Below are positions 1 to 8,544 of a stretch of DNA of 64,000 nt, one piece after another. The stretch's first letter is position 1. Every line of letters begins with the position of its first letter. The notes under the pieces were generated by a model that searched no databases, had not been told where the DNA came from, and saw nothing but the letters and a program-made list of their open reading frames with translations. Made by a program: the position numbers and the translations under genes. Where the stretch lies: contig CAXXXF010000003.1 in the NCBI GenBank assembly GCA_963667175.2, positions 1-64,000 on the forward strand. The letters are read 5' to 3'. The DNA is from Candidatus Latescibacterota bacterium (GTDB lineage: Bacteria; Latescibacterota; UBA2968; GCA-2709665).

Positions 1-837
1 TGGGCGTGTCGGTCGGGCCATACTAAAAGGGCTCATCCAAGGCCAGGAAGATCCAGCAGCGTTAGCGGAGTTGGCCAAGGGCCGCTTGCGCAACAAGAAG
101 GCCGACCTGGAGCAGCGCTGACCGGCTTTTTCCGACCCCACCATCGCTTTTTGTTGAGCCACTTGCTGGCGCATCTGGACTTTCTGGAAACACAACTTTC
201 TCAGCTGTCCGACCAGATCGCTCAACACATTGAGGCGATGGGTGTGCCCCCAAAAGACCCGCAGCCTCCTTCGGGCGGTTCGCCCAAGCCTGCGCAGTCA
301 CCAACCGCCGCCTCGTCCAAGCCTGCGCAAGCTTCTGGGCTCCTTCCCAATCAGGCCATGGCCTTGTGGGATACGATTCCTGGCGTCAACCAGACCGTGG
401 CCGAGGTTATGGTGGCCGAAATGGGCGTGGATATGGGCCGCTTCCCCACCCACCGGCATCTGGCCTCCTGGGTCGGCTTAGCGCCGGGAAACCATGAAAG
501 CGCAGGGAAACGTCAATCGGGGCGCACCACCAAAGGCAATCCTGCGTTGCGTCTTGCCCTCGTCCAGGCGGCCTGGGCGGCCTCGCGCACCAAAGACACT
601 TATCTGTCCGCTCTCTATCGTCGGTTGGCCGCACGACGGGGCAAGAAACGCGCCTTGGTGGCAGTGGCTCATTCCATTCTCACAGCCGCCTATCATATGG
701 CCTGTCACACACAACCCTATCAAGATCCGGGCAGCAACTATTTCGATCAGCGCAAGAAACACGACGTTGTCTCTCGGCTCTCCCATCGCCTGGAAAAGTT
801 GGGTTACAACGTTGCGCTTACGCTACAAGCTGCTTAA
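1..837 (+). mobile_element. IS110-family transposase/recombinase, 5'-truncated by window edge, with two apparent 1-nt frameshifts near positions 11 and 115
   Basis: C-terminal IS110 motifs TIPGV, FPTHRHLASWVGLAPGNHESAGK, GNPALR, RRGKKRALVAVAH. Upstream family-like sequence (GVS / GRAILKGLIQGQEDPAALAELAKGRLRNKK / LTGFFRPHHRFLL) is split over frames 3, 2 and 1. Confidence 0.9.
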
Positions 838-893
838 ATAAAAGAAAAACCAACAGGATTCTTCGAAATCCTGAAAGGTTATTTTCTAAGTAG
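838..893 (+). mobile_element. Putative IS110 right non-coding end with hairpin
   Basis: Hairpin CAGGATT-cttcga-AATCCTG at 854-873, then TTATTTTCTAAGTAG directly abutting a heptamer repeat. Confidence 0.55.
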
Positions 894-923
894 CTATCAG
901 CAGTCAGCCATCAGCCTGAAGCA
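892..923 (+). repeat. Heptamer (NNTCAGC) tandem repeat element
   Basis: AGCTATCAGCAGTCAGCCATCAGCCTGAAGCA; differs at 2 of 32 nt from the copy starting at 54518. Confidence 0.85.
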
Positions 924-1090
924 ACAACCGAAAACCAAATACCGCAACCCGTTCAAACACAACACCGCAATGCCGGGGCCGGGTCGCGCGGCTCTGCCCC
1001 CTCTGTCGTCTCCCAGACTCATTGGGTTTCCCACATCCCGACGGAGAAATCTCTGGATCACGTCGCGATGCTATATCGCAAACCGATTCT

Positions 1091-1130
1091 TGCTGAATGC
1101 TGAGAGCTAATGGCTGATGGCTGCTTTTCC
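1091..1130 (-). repeat. Heptamer repeat copy overlapping the serA stop codon
   Basis: Reverse complement GGAAAAGCAGCCATCAGCCATTAGCTCTCAGCATTCAGCA. Confidence 0.8.
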
Positions 1131-2735
1131 CTCTCCCGTCTCACCGCTTTTAAATCTCGCCTGTCTCACCCACAGGAATTCGGGCGCATCCGCAATGCGA
1201 TGAAGGACGTCGCCCGGCGCCGGCGAATCCAGGCTGATCATCATGATGGCCTGCCCTCCCCGGCTGTCGCGCCCCAGCGCCATATCGGCGATATTGAGTC
1301 TCTCCTCGGCCAGGAGCGACCCGATCCAGCCCACCACGCCGGGAACGTCCCGGTTGCAGCAGATCAGGACGTCGCCTTCCAGCTTGGCCTTCACTTCGAA
1401 CCGGTCGATGCGCACGACCCGGGCGTCGCTGCTGCCGAATACGGTGGCCGATATCGAGGTCCTTCCCGCCGACGTTTCGTAATCCACCGTCATCAGATTG
1501 GTGTAGTCTTTGTGGGCGCTGCTCCGTGTCTCGTCGATCTTCACCCCGCGTTTCTGCGCGAAAAGGGGGGCGTTCACGTACGTCACGAGTTCATCCGTCA
1601 GATTCGTAATGGCCCCCTTCAGGACAGCCGCCGTCATGGGTGACGTCGCGAACTTCAAGATATCCCCGTGGTACTCGATCGCGATGCGGCGCAGATTGCC
1701 GCGGCTCAACTGGGCCTGCAATGCGCCCACCTTCTCCGCAAGGAGCAGATACGGACGCACATCCTCGAAAAGCGACGGGTCCACCGAAGGCATATTCACG
1801 GCCCGCTGGGCGGGCCTGTCCATCAGGACCTCCAGAACGTCCTGCGCGATCTGGCGGGCCACGCGGTCCTGCGCCTCCATGGTCGAGGCGGCCAGATGCG
1901 GCGTGCAGATCACCTCGCGCCGCCGCAGGAGCGCGTGGTCCCTGGGCGGGGGTTCCTTCTCGAATACGTCGAGCGCCGCTCCGGCCACCCTGCCCGTTTC
2001 GACCGCGTTCAGAAGCGCCGCCTCGTCGACCAGCCCTCCCCGCGCGCAGTTGAGAATGCGCACGCCGGGTTTGCACGTCGTCAGTGATGCCGCAGATATC
2101 AGGTGCCGCGTGGATTCGTTCAGCGGCGTATGCAAGGTGATATAGTCCGCGGTCTTGTAGATTTCCTCAAGAGAAGTCAGCCTTACCCGGAATCTCGCCG
2201 CCATCTCTTCGGAAAGTAGGGGATCATTGCCCAGGACCGTCATCCCCAGAGCCCCGGCGAGACGGGCGACGTGCTGTCCCACCCGCCCCACGCCTACAAT
2301 GCCCAGCGCCTTCCCGTTCAACTCCACGCCCGTATAGGACTTCCGTTCCCACGCGCCGCGTTTCATCGACGCGGTCGCCTGCGGAATGTTGCGGCTCAAC
2401 GCGAGCAACATCCCCACGGTATGTTCTGCCGTGGCAATCGTATTCCCGCCGGGGGAATGCACCACCACAACGCCCCGCTCCGTCGCGGCGCCGACGTCGA
2501 TGTTGTCAACGCCGACGCCCGCGCGGCCGATGACGCGAAGCCGGTGCGCTTCGGCCAGGACCTCCCGGGTCACATGCGTTTCGCTGCGTATCATCAGCCC
2601 GTCATAGGCGCCGATTTCACGCGCCAGCGCTTCCGGCGAGAGGCCCGTCCGGACGGCCACCCGGACGTCCGGCGCATCCGCGAACACGCTTTGCCAGCCG
2701 CGAGACAACGTATCTGCGATCAATATCCGCTTCAT
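1107..2735 (-). CDS. serA: D-3-phosphoglycerate dehydrogenase (long form, ASB + ACT domains)
   Basis: RAGVGVDNID, GIVGVGRVG, NCARGGLVDE, TPHLAAST motifs and C-terminal ACT domain (NRDVPGVVG). Start set at MKRIL. Confidence 0.96.
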   Translation of the reverse strand: MKRILIADTLSRGWQSVFADAPDVRVAVRTGLSPEALAREIGAYDGLMIRSETHVTREVLAEAHRLRVIGRAGVGVDNIDVGAATERGVVVVHSPGGNTIATAEHTVGMLLALSRNIPQATASMKRGAWERKSYTGVELNGKALGIVGVGRVGQHVARLAGALGMTVLGNDPLLSEEMAARFRVRLTSLEEIYKTADYITLHTPLNESTRHLISAASLTTCKPGVRILNCARGGLVDEAALLNAVETGRVAGAALDVFEKEPPPRDHALLRRREVICTPHLAASTMEAQDRVARQIAQDVLEVLMDRPAQRAVNMPSVDPSLFEDVRPYLLLAEKVGALQAQLSRGNLRRIAIEYHGDILKFATSPMTAAVLKGAITNLTDELVTYVNAPLFAQKRGVKIDETRSSAHKDYTNLMTVDYETSAGRTSISATVFGSSDARVVRIDRFEVKAKLEGDVLICCNRDVPGVVGWIGSLLAEERLNIADMALGRDSRGGQAIMMISLDSPAPGDVLHRIADAPEFLWVRQARFKSGETGEGKAAISH

Positions 2736-2747
2736 GGTATTAAAGAA

Positions 2748-3002
2748 AGCTATCAGCATTCAGCCGTCAGCTATCAGCTTAAGGCAAAGACCGAAAACCA
2801 TTCGACACATCGCAAAATCAGGGACGGGCGGTACGGTCCTCTCCCGTCCTGCAAAAAACAGCTCTCAGCGATCAGCCGTCAGCGTACAGCATAAAGCCAA
2901 ACAGGCAACGACCGCGCTCATTAGTACGTCTGTAGGGGCAACCCTTGTGGTTGCCCAGGTCAATGGGCAGGAAAAAGCAGCAATCAGCGTTCAGCCTTCA
3001 GC
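2748..3002 (+). repeat. Intergenic repeat mosaic: three heptamer tracts plus a GTAG-REP
   Basis: Heptamer tracts near 2748-2780, 2860-2890 and 2977-3002; REP GTAG-GGGCAACC-cttgt-GGTTGCCC at 2932-2956. Confidence 0.8.
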
Positions 3003-4123
3003 GCGCGTTGCGCGGCCTCCACGCCGATCCCGGGTTCAAAATCCCATCCGGCCTCCCGGAGTCCGAATTCGAGCGTTGAGACGACCTCCAGGATGTCTGC
3101 GTCGTCCACGTGCCCCAGGTTGGACACCCGCACCATGCGGCCCCTGTATTTGCCCAGGCCGCCACCGACAATGACGTTGAATTCACGCCGCATCCATTCC
3201 ATCAGCGCGAGCCCGTCCACCCTTTCGGGCAGGACAATCGACGTCAGTGCGTTTGACGCCCGCCGCGCGAAACATGAGAGTCCCAGCGCCTCCGCGGACC
3301 GCTGAACCGCGCGTGCATGCCGGGCGTGCCGCGCCCAGACCCGCGGGAGGCCCTCCTCCCGGAGCATCTGCAGCGCCGCCCGCAAACCGGCAAGGAGCGT
3401 AACCGGAAGCGTGGCGGGCGCCCGGCCCTCGGCCAGCGACGTCCTGTATTTTTCCAGGTCCCAGTAGTACTTCGGGAGCCGGCGCCCCTCTCGCGACTTC
3501 CAGACCCGCGGCCCCACCGCCACCATTCCCATGCCGGGAGGCAGCATCAGCCCCTTCTGCGACGCCGTAACTGCCAGGTCCACGTTCCACGCCTCGAGCG
3601 GCAGCGGGTGAGCCCCCACGCTGGAGACCCCGTCAACGACCAGCAGCGCGTCCGTCCCCTCCACCGCTTCGCCAATCGAGGCGACGTCGTGCAAGACGCC
3701 GGTGGACGTCTCGCAGTGTGCGGCGAACACGACCCGAATGCCCGGGTCGACCCTAAGCGCGTCGGCCACAACCTGAGGGTCCACCGCCGCGCCCCAGGGA
3801 AACGCCCGTTCCACCACCTCGACCCCGTAGGCCCGGCACAGGTCCGCCCACCGCGCTCCGAACTGACCCGCCTGGACGACCAGGGCGCGGTCTCCGGCGC
3901 ACAGGGTATTGGCCACCGCGGCTTCCATCGCGCCAGTGCCCGAGCAGGCCAGGACGAGCATGTCAAATGAGGTGGGGAAGACCTCCCGGAGCCCTTCAAC
4001 CGCGTCTCGAAGCAGTGCGGGAAAGTCCGGTCCCCGGTGGTAGACCGGCGTTCCGGACATTGCGGCCTGAACCCTTTCGGGGATGGGGGTCGGGCCCGGT
4101 GTAAAAAGACGTTGCCGCCTCAT
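2984..4123 (-). CDS. Class V PLP aminotransferase (alanine-glyoxylate/serine-pyruvate family), likely acting as phosphoserine aminotransferase
   Basis: LFTPGPTP, GTGAMEA, HCETSTG, VDGVSS, SQKGLMLPPG motifs; directly upstream of serA. Confidence 0.9.
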   Translation of the reverse strand: MRRQRLFTPGPTPIPERVQAAMSGTPVYHRGPDFPALLRDAVEGLREVFPTSFDMLVLACSGTGAMEAAVANTLCAGDRALVVQAGQFGARWADLCRAYGVEVVERAFPWGAAVDPQVVADALRVDPGIRVVFAAHCETSTGVLHDVASIGEAVEGTDALLVVDGVSSVGAHPLPLEAWNVDLAVTASQKGLMLPPGMGMVAVGPRVWKSREGRRLPKYYWDLEKYRTSLAEGRAPATLPVTLLAGLRAALQMLREEGLPRVWARHARHARAVQRSAEALGLSCFARRASNALTSIVLPERVDGLALMEWMRREFNVIVGGGLGKYRGRMVRVSNLGHVDDADILEVVSTLEFGLREAGWDFEPGIGVEAAQRALKAER

Positions 4124-4168
4124 CTCGGTCGCCCATGAGGCAAACCGGTTTCTTCGCCGCTCGCGCGT

Positions 4169-4756
4169 CTATTGTTCGACAACATCCCGAATCCACTTCC
4201 AGACGGCCTGGCGGCCATGACCCGACACCGCCGAAAAAGGAACGAAATCAAATTCGCCCAGCCGGGACAGCAGGTTTCGCGTCCGGTCCAGCCGGGACTC
4301 CCGCCGGCTCCCCGGGAGCTTGTCGGCTTTTGTGGCGACCACCAGAAACGGCCGGCCGAATTGCCTGAGCCAGAGGGCCATCTCCACGTCGTGCGCCGTC
4401 GGATCGTGCCGGGCATCGAGGAGATGCAAAATGCCACGCAACGAGGCGCGTGTCTCGAGGTATGCGTTGATCAGGTCGGCCCACTGCCGGCGTTCCTGCT
4501 GACCCCGCTTTGCGTACCCGTACCCGGGAAGATCCACGAAATGCAATGTCTCGTTGACGCGGTAGTAGTTGAGCGTACGCGTCTTCCCCGGGGTTTTGCT
4601 GGTGCCGGCCAGATGTCTGCGGTTCAGCAGCCGGTTCAGCAGAGAGGATTTACCGACGTTCGAGCGGCCGGCAAATGCAATTTCCGGCAGTCCTTCCATT
4701 GGAAGGCGGTCCGGATGGGCGATGCTGGTCACAAAATCGGCGGTACGGATCTGCAT
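4169..4756 (-). CDS. engB: Ribosome biogenesis GTPase EngB/YsxC
   Basis: GRSNVGKSS, TPGKT, DLPGYG, TKADK motifs; downstream of clpX. Confidence 0.95.
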   Translation of the reverse strand: MQIRTADFVTSIAHPDRLPMEGLPEIAFAGRSNVGKSSLLNRLLNRRHLAGTSKTPGKTRTLNYYRVNETLHFVDLPGYGYAKRGQQERRQWADLINAYLETRASLRGILHLLDARHDPTAHDVEMALWLRQFGRPFLVVATKADKLPGSRRESRLDRTRNLLSRLGEFDFVPFSAVSGHGRQAVWKWIRDVVEQ

Positions 4757-4855
4757 AGCGTGCAACCGGGGACGCAGTCTATCGCAAACACATAGAAAAC
4801 CGGGGCAATGGACCCCGGTTCCGAAGACGGAGGAAAGGAAAACAGTCCGTTGAAA

Positions 4856-6097
4856 CTATGCGCTCTTTTTCTCTTCGATGTGAAGTCGGGGTTTTGACCT
4901 GCCGGCGACCATCTCCTTCGTGACCACGACCCGCGCGTGATCCGGATTGGAGGGAAGGTCGTACATCAGGTCGTTCATGATGTCCTCCAGAACGGACCGC
5001 AACCCGCGGGCGCCTGTTCCCTTCCGGACCGTTCGCCGCACCACCTCCTCCAGGGCCGCGTCTTCGAATTCCAGTTCGGCGCCATCCATTTCGAAGAGCT
5101 TCTGGTACTGCTTGGTTATCGCATTCTTTGGTTCTGTCAGGATTTTGTAAAGCGCCCGTTCGTCGAGGTCGCTGAGGGAACAGGTGATCGGCAGCCTTCC
5201 GACCAGTTCGGGAATCAGCCCGTACTTGATGAGGTCCTCAGGTTCCACCTCGGCAAACAACGCGCCCGCGTTCCGCTTTTCGTCGGGCCCGTCCTTCGCG
5301 CCGAACCCGATGGTCTTGTCACCGATCCGGTTGCTGATGATTTCTTCAAGGCCGTCGAACGCCCCGCCGCAGATGAACAGAATGTTGCGCGTATTCACCT
5401 GGATCAGCGGCTGCTCGGGATGTTTCCTTCCTCCCTTCGGCGGTATGCTGGCCACGGTGCCCTCGAGAATCTTCAGCAGCGCCTGCTGGACGCCTTCGCC
5501 GGATACGTCGCGGGTAATCGAAGGATTGGCCGCCTTCCTCGATATCTTGTCGACTTCGTCCAGGTAGAGAATGCCCATCTCCGCCTGCGCCACGTCGTAA
5601 TCGGCCGCCTGCAGCAGCCGGACCAGGATATTCTCCACGTCTTCGCCCACGTATCCGGCTTCCGTGAGAATCGTCGCGTCCGCGATGGAGAACGGAACGT
5701 CCAGGATGCGCGCGAGCGTTTGGGCCAGCAGGGTCTTCCCGGTGCCGGTGGGACCGACAAGCAGGATATTGCTCTTTTCAAGTTCGACGTCGTCGGTGAC
5801 AACCCGTGACCGGATGCGCTTGTAGTGATTGTAAACGGCCACGGAAAGCGTGCGTTTGGCCGCCTCCTGACCGATCACGTAATCGTCGAGACGGGTTTTG
5901 ATCGTTGCAGGTTTGGGCAGTTTCTGACGCGACGAGACCGGCTTCTGCCTGGCGTCCTCCTGCAGCACTTCGTTGCACAGTTTGACGCAATCGCTGCAAA
6001 TGTGCACCGAGGTCCCGGTAATGATCTTGTCGACCTGGTCGTTGCCCTTGTCACAGAAAGAGCAACGGACCTCAGCCCTTGTAGTTCGCCGTTTCAT
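4856..6097 (-). CDS. clpX: ATP-dependent Clp protease ATP-binding subunit ClpX
   Basis: Zn-finger CSFC...[27 protein letters not shown] loop. Confidence 0.98.
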   Translation of the reverse strand: MKRRTTRAEVRCSFCDKGNDQVDKIITGTSVHICSDCVKLCNEVLQEDARQKPVSSRQKLPKPATIKTRLDDYVIGQEAAKRTLSVAVYNHYKRIRSRVVTDDVELEKSNILLVGPTGTGKTLLAQTLARILDVPFSIADATILTEAGYVGEDVENILVRLLQAADYDVAQAEMGILYLDEVDKISRKAANPSITRDVSGEGVQQALLKILEGTVASIPPKGGRKHPEQPLIQVNTRNILFICGGAFDGLEEIISNRIGDKTIGFGAKDGPDEKRNAGALFAEVEPEDLIKYGLIPELVGRLPITCSLSDLDERALYKILTEPKNAITKQYQKLFEMDGAELEFEDAALEEVVRRTVRKGTGARGLRSVLEDIMNDLMYDLPSNPDHARVVVTKEMVAGRSKPRLHIEEKKSA

Positions 6098-6161
6098 AAG
6101 TCACCCATGATTTCCAGACCGTGGAACTTTGACAGCCCGTTGATAAAGTCCATCCGGGCTG

Positions 6162-6189
6162 CCTGCCTGTGCGTTCGCACGCAGACAGG
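6162..6189. repeat. 28-bp CCTGCCTG...CAGACAGG mini-hairpin insertion
   Basis: Absent from the aligned position in MITE copies B and C. Confidence 0.85.
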
Positions 6190-6221
6190 CGTCCGGCCCT
6201 TGTGACCGGACTACGGCGTTG

Positions 6222-6254
6222 CCTGCCTGCGCCAAGCGAAGCGCGGCAGGCAGG
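6222..6254. repeat. 33-bp CCTGCCTGC...GCAGGCAGG mini-hairpin insertion
   Basis: Absent from MITE copies B and C; perfect 9-bp terminal inverted repeat. Confidence 0.85.
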
Positions 6255-6384
6255 CGCTCTCTCCCCGAATCCAGGGATTCGCGTCGGTCGCGCGCCCTGT
6301 CTTCGGCCACAATGACTCGGCCTCGCCTGCAGAGCGACTTTCACAACGGACTGTTGATATCTTCGTCGCCGCCACCGCGGAATT

Positions 6385-6999
6385 CTACTCGTCGTCTTCG
6401 ATTGCGAGACTGTCATTCCCGCTGGGCATCAACACCTCATCGATCAGTCCGTACTCCAGGGCCTCGTCGGCGGACATAAAGAAGTCCCGATCGGCATCCT
6501 TGGCAACCCGGTCGATCGGTTGCCCCGTCTGCTCCGCCAGAATCTCGTTCAGCTTGTCCCGCCACTGGAGGATCTCCTTTGCGTGGCGTTCCACGTCTGA
6601 AGCCTGTCCACCCGCGCCGCCCATGGGCTGATGAACCAGGATACGGGAATTCGGCAGGGCGCGCCGCTGCCCCCTGGTGCCTCCCGCAAGCAACACTGCG
6701 GCCATGCTGAATGCCTGGCCGACGCAGACCGTTTCGACTTCGTTGGGCACGTACTGCATGGTATCGTAAATGGCCAGGCCCGCGGTAATGCTGCCACCGG
6801 GCGAATTGATGTACAGCCGAATCGTCTTTTCCGGCGATTCCGAACTGCAAAACAGCATCTGCGCGATCACGAGGTTTGCGATGGTGTCATTGACGGGAAA
6901 CCCGATGAAAATGATGTTGTCCCTGAGAAGACGGGAGAAGATATCGTAGGAACGTTCGCCGAACCCTGTCTTCTCCAGTACCATAGGTACAAGTGCCAT
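6385..6999 (-). CDS. clpP: Clp protease proteolytic subunit
   Basis: YINSPGG; catalytic S (AFSMAA), H (VHQP) and D (DRDFFM). Confidence 0.97.
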   Translation of the reverse strand: MALVPMVLEKTGFGERSYDIFSRLLRDNIIFIGFPVNDTIANLVIAQMLFCSSESPEKTIRLYINSPGGSITAGLAIYDTMQYVPNEVETVCVGQAFSMAAVLLAGGTRGQRRALPNSRILVHQPMGGAGGQASDVERHAKEILQWRDKLNEILAEQTGQPIDRVAKDADRDFFMSADEALEYGLIDEVLMPSGNDSLAIEDDE

Positions 7000-7039
7000 A
7001 AGCGCTCAGTCTCCTTCACTTTCCGATCCCGGATTCCGA

Positions 7040-8347
7040 TCACGGGCGATCTCTTAATTCGTTCACGTCTTCGATATCCGCATGTTGAATCAGCAGATCG
7101 AACGTCTTCCCTGCCAGCAGGTTCGACTCGATTCTCTCCATCTGGTCAGACCGCTTCAGTATTCGGCGGAGTTGCTCTCGTTCCGTATTGTATCGACGCG
7201 ACATGCCGTCGAGGTGACGGTCCACCTCCGCCGCTTCCACGGCCAGGCCTTCCTGTTTCTGAATCGCCTCCAATAGCAGATGACGCTTCAACCCTCGAAT
7301 GACGCCCTCGCGGCTCTCCCGGCGAATCGCGTCTTCGTCGACGTCGTGTTCGTTTCCTTCACGTTCCTTTCTCTCGTCTTCCACGAGCGTGTCCAGGGCG
7401 CTTTCGACCATGGCTTCGGGGAGATCGAACGCGTTCTTTCGAATCAGCTCGTCTACAATGTGGCCTTCGAGGAAGCGCCGAGAGGCGAGATCGGCCTGCG
7501 CCTCGAGGTCTGCCCGGATTCGGGCCCTGAGTTCATCCAGCGATGCGAACTCGCCCTGGTCCCTGGCGAATTCATCGTCCAGCTCCGGCAACTTGCGTTC
7601 ACGGACCTCCCTTGCGGAAAACATCATGCGGATCTCCGCGCCCTGTTGATGCAAGGCGCCGTGACCGAGGTCCTGGTGTTCGCCTTCTTCCAGATGCGTC
7701 AGCCGGATCTGCCTGGTTTCGCCCGTGGAAATGCCCACCAGCTGGTTGTCGAGGTCGTGATTGGCATTCCTGCCGCCGATGTGAATCGGGCATTCTTCCT
7801 GTTTGCGACCGATAATCGGCAGCCTGTTCTCATCCAGCTCCTGAAGGTCCGCAACGACGACGTCGCCCAATTCGGCAGGCCGGTCGACTTCCTCCTCCGT
7901 GGCGTTCTGTTCCCGCACACGCTGGATCTGCTCTTCGACGTCGTCATCGGCGACTTCGAACACGGGGCGAGTGGTTTTCAGGCCTTTGTAATCCTGGACG
8001 ACGATTTCAGGCTTGACGTCGACCGACGCCGTGAACTTGAGCGGCTGCCCCTCTTCGTAGTTCACGTGGTCGATGGTGGCTTCCGAGATCGGGGTCAAAC
8101 CCTCAGATCTGCTGGCCTCCCGATAACATTCCTGCATCACCTCTTGCAGGACCTCGCCCTGAATCGCCTTCCCGAACCGTTTCTTGACCAGGCTTACAGG
8201 AATCCTGCCCTTGCGAAACCCGGGCAAATTCAACGATTTGCTGTAATTCTTGTATGCGGCATCCATCCGCCGGCGCACGTCCTCGCCCGGCACCTCGACG
8301 TCAAGCGTCCTGCGCCACGTGTCCGACTCTGAAACGGTCACCTTCAT
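7040..8347 (-). CDS. tig: Trigger factor
   Basis: Ribosome-binding motif LPGFRKGRIP, PELDDEFA; tig-clpP-clpX synteny. Alternative ATG at 8359. Confidence 0.95.
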   Translation of the reverse strand: MKVTVSESDTWRRTLDVEVPGEDVRRRMDAAYKNYSKSLNLPGFRKGRIPVSLVKKRFGKAIQGEVLQEVMQECYREASRSEGLTPISEATIDHVNYEEGQPLKFTASVDVKPEIVVQDYKGLKTTRPVFEVADDDVEEQIQRVREQNATEEEVDRPAELGDVVVADLQELDENRLPIIGRKQEECPIHIGGRNANHDLDNQLVGISTGETRQIRLTHLEEGEHQDLGHGALHQQGAEIRMMFSAREVRERKLPELDDEFARDQGEFASLDELRARIRADLEAQADLASRRFLEGHIVDELIRKNAFDLPEAMVESALDTLVEDERKEREGNEHDVDEDAIRRESREGVIRGLKRHLLLEAIQKQEGLAVEAAEVDRHLDGMSRRYNTEREQLRRILKRSDQMERIESNLLAGKTFDLLIQHADIEDVNELRDRP

Positions 8348-8544
8348 GACGTTCTGCATCCTTCGATCGCGTGGATATCTTCACCGTTATTCGAGAGTAC
8401 GATACCAAACGCAAATGATAATGAATCGCCCCGGATTTGTCAATCCGTTTGCCGCGACGCCGGCGCGTCGGAATCCTGAATCCTCCATAAAAAATCCGGG
8501 CGCAACTCCTGCCCGGATTCAATCGGCGTCTGTGGGCGGTACTG

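Larger units (their letters stand above)
6133..6353 (+). mobile_element. MITE family 1, copy A (carries two nested mini-hairpin insertions)
   Basis: Terminal inverted repeats CAGCCCGTTGATAAAGTC / GACTTTCACAACGGACTG; 4-bp TTGA duplication on both flanks; homologous to 12675-12834 and 19044-19197. Confidence 0.9.

Noticed and set aside
8360-8544. tRNA upstream of tig
   Set aside because: No cloverleaf or T-arm consensus seen; only short GC hairpins.
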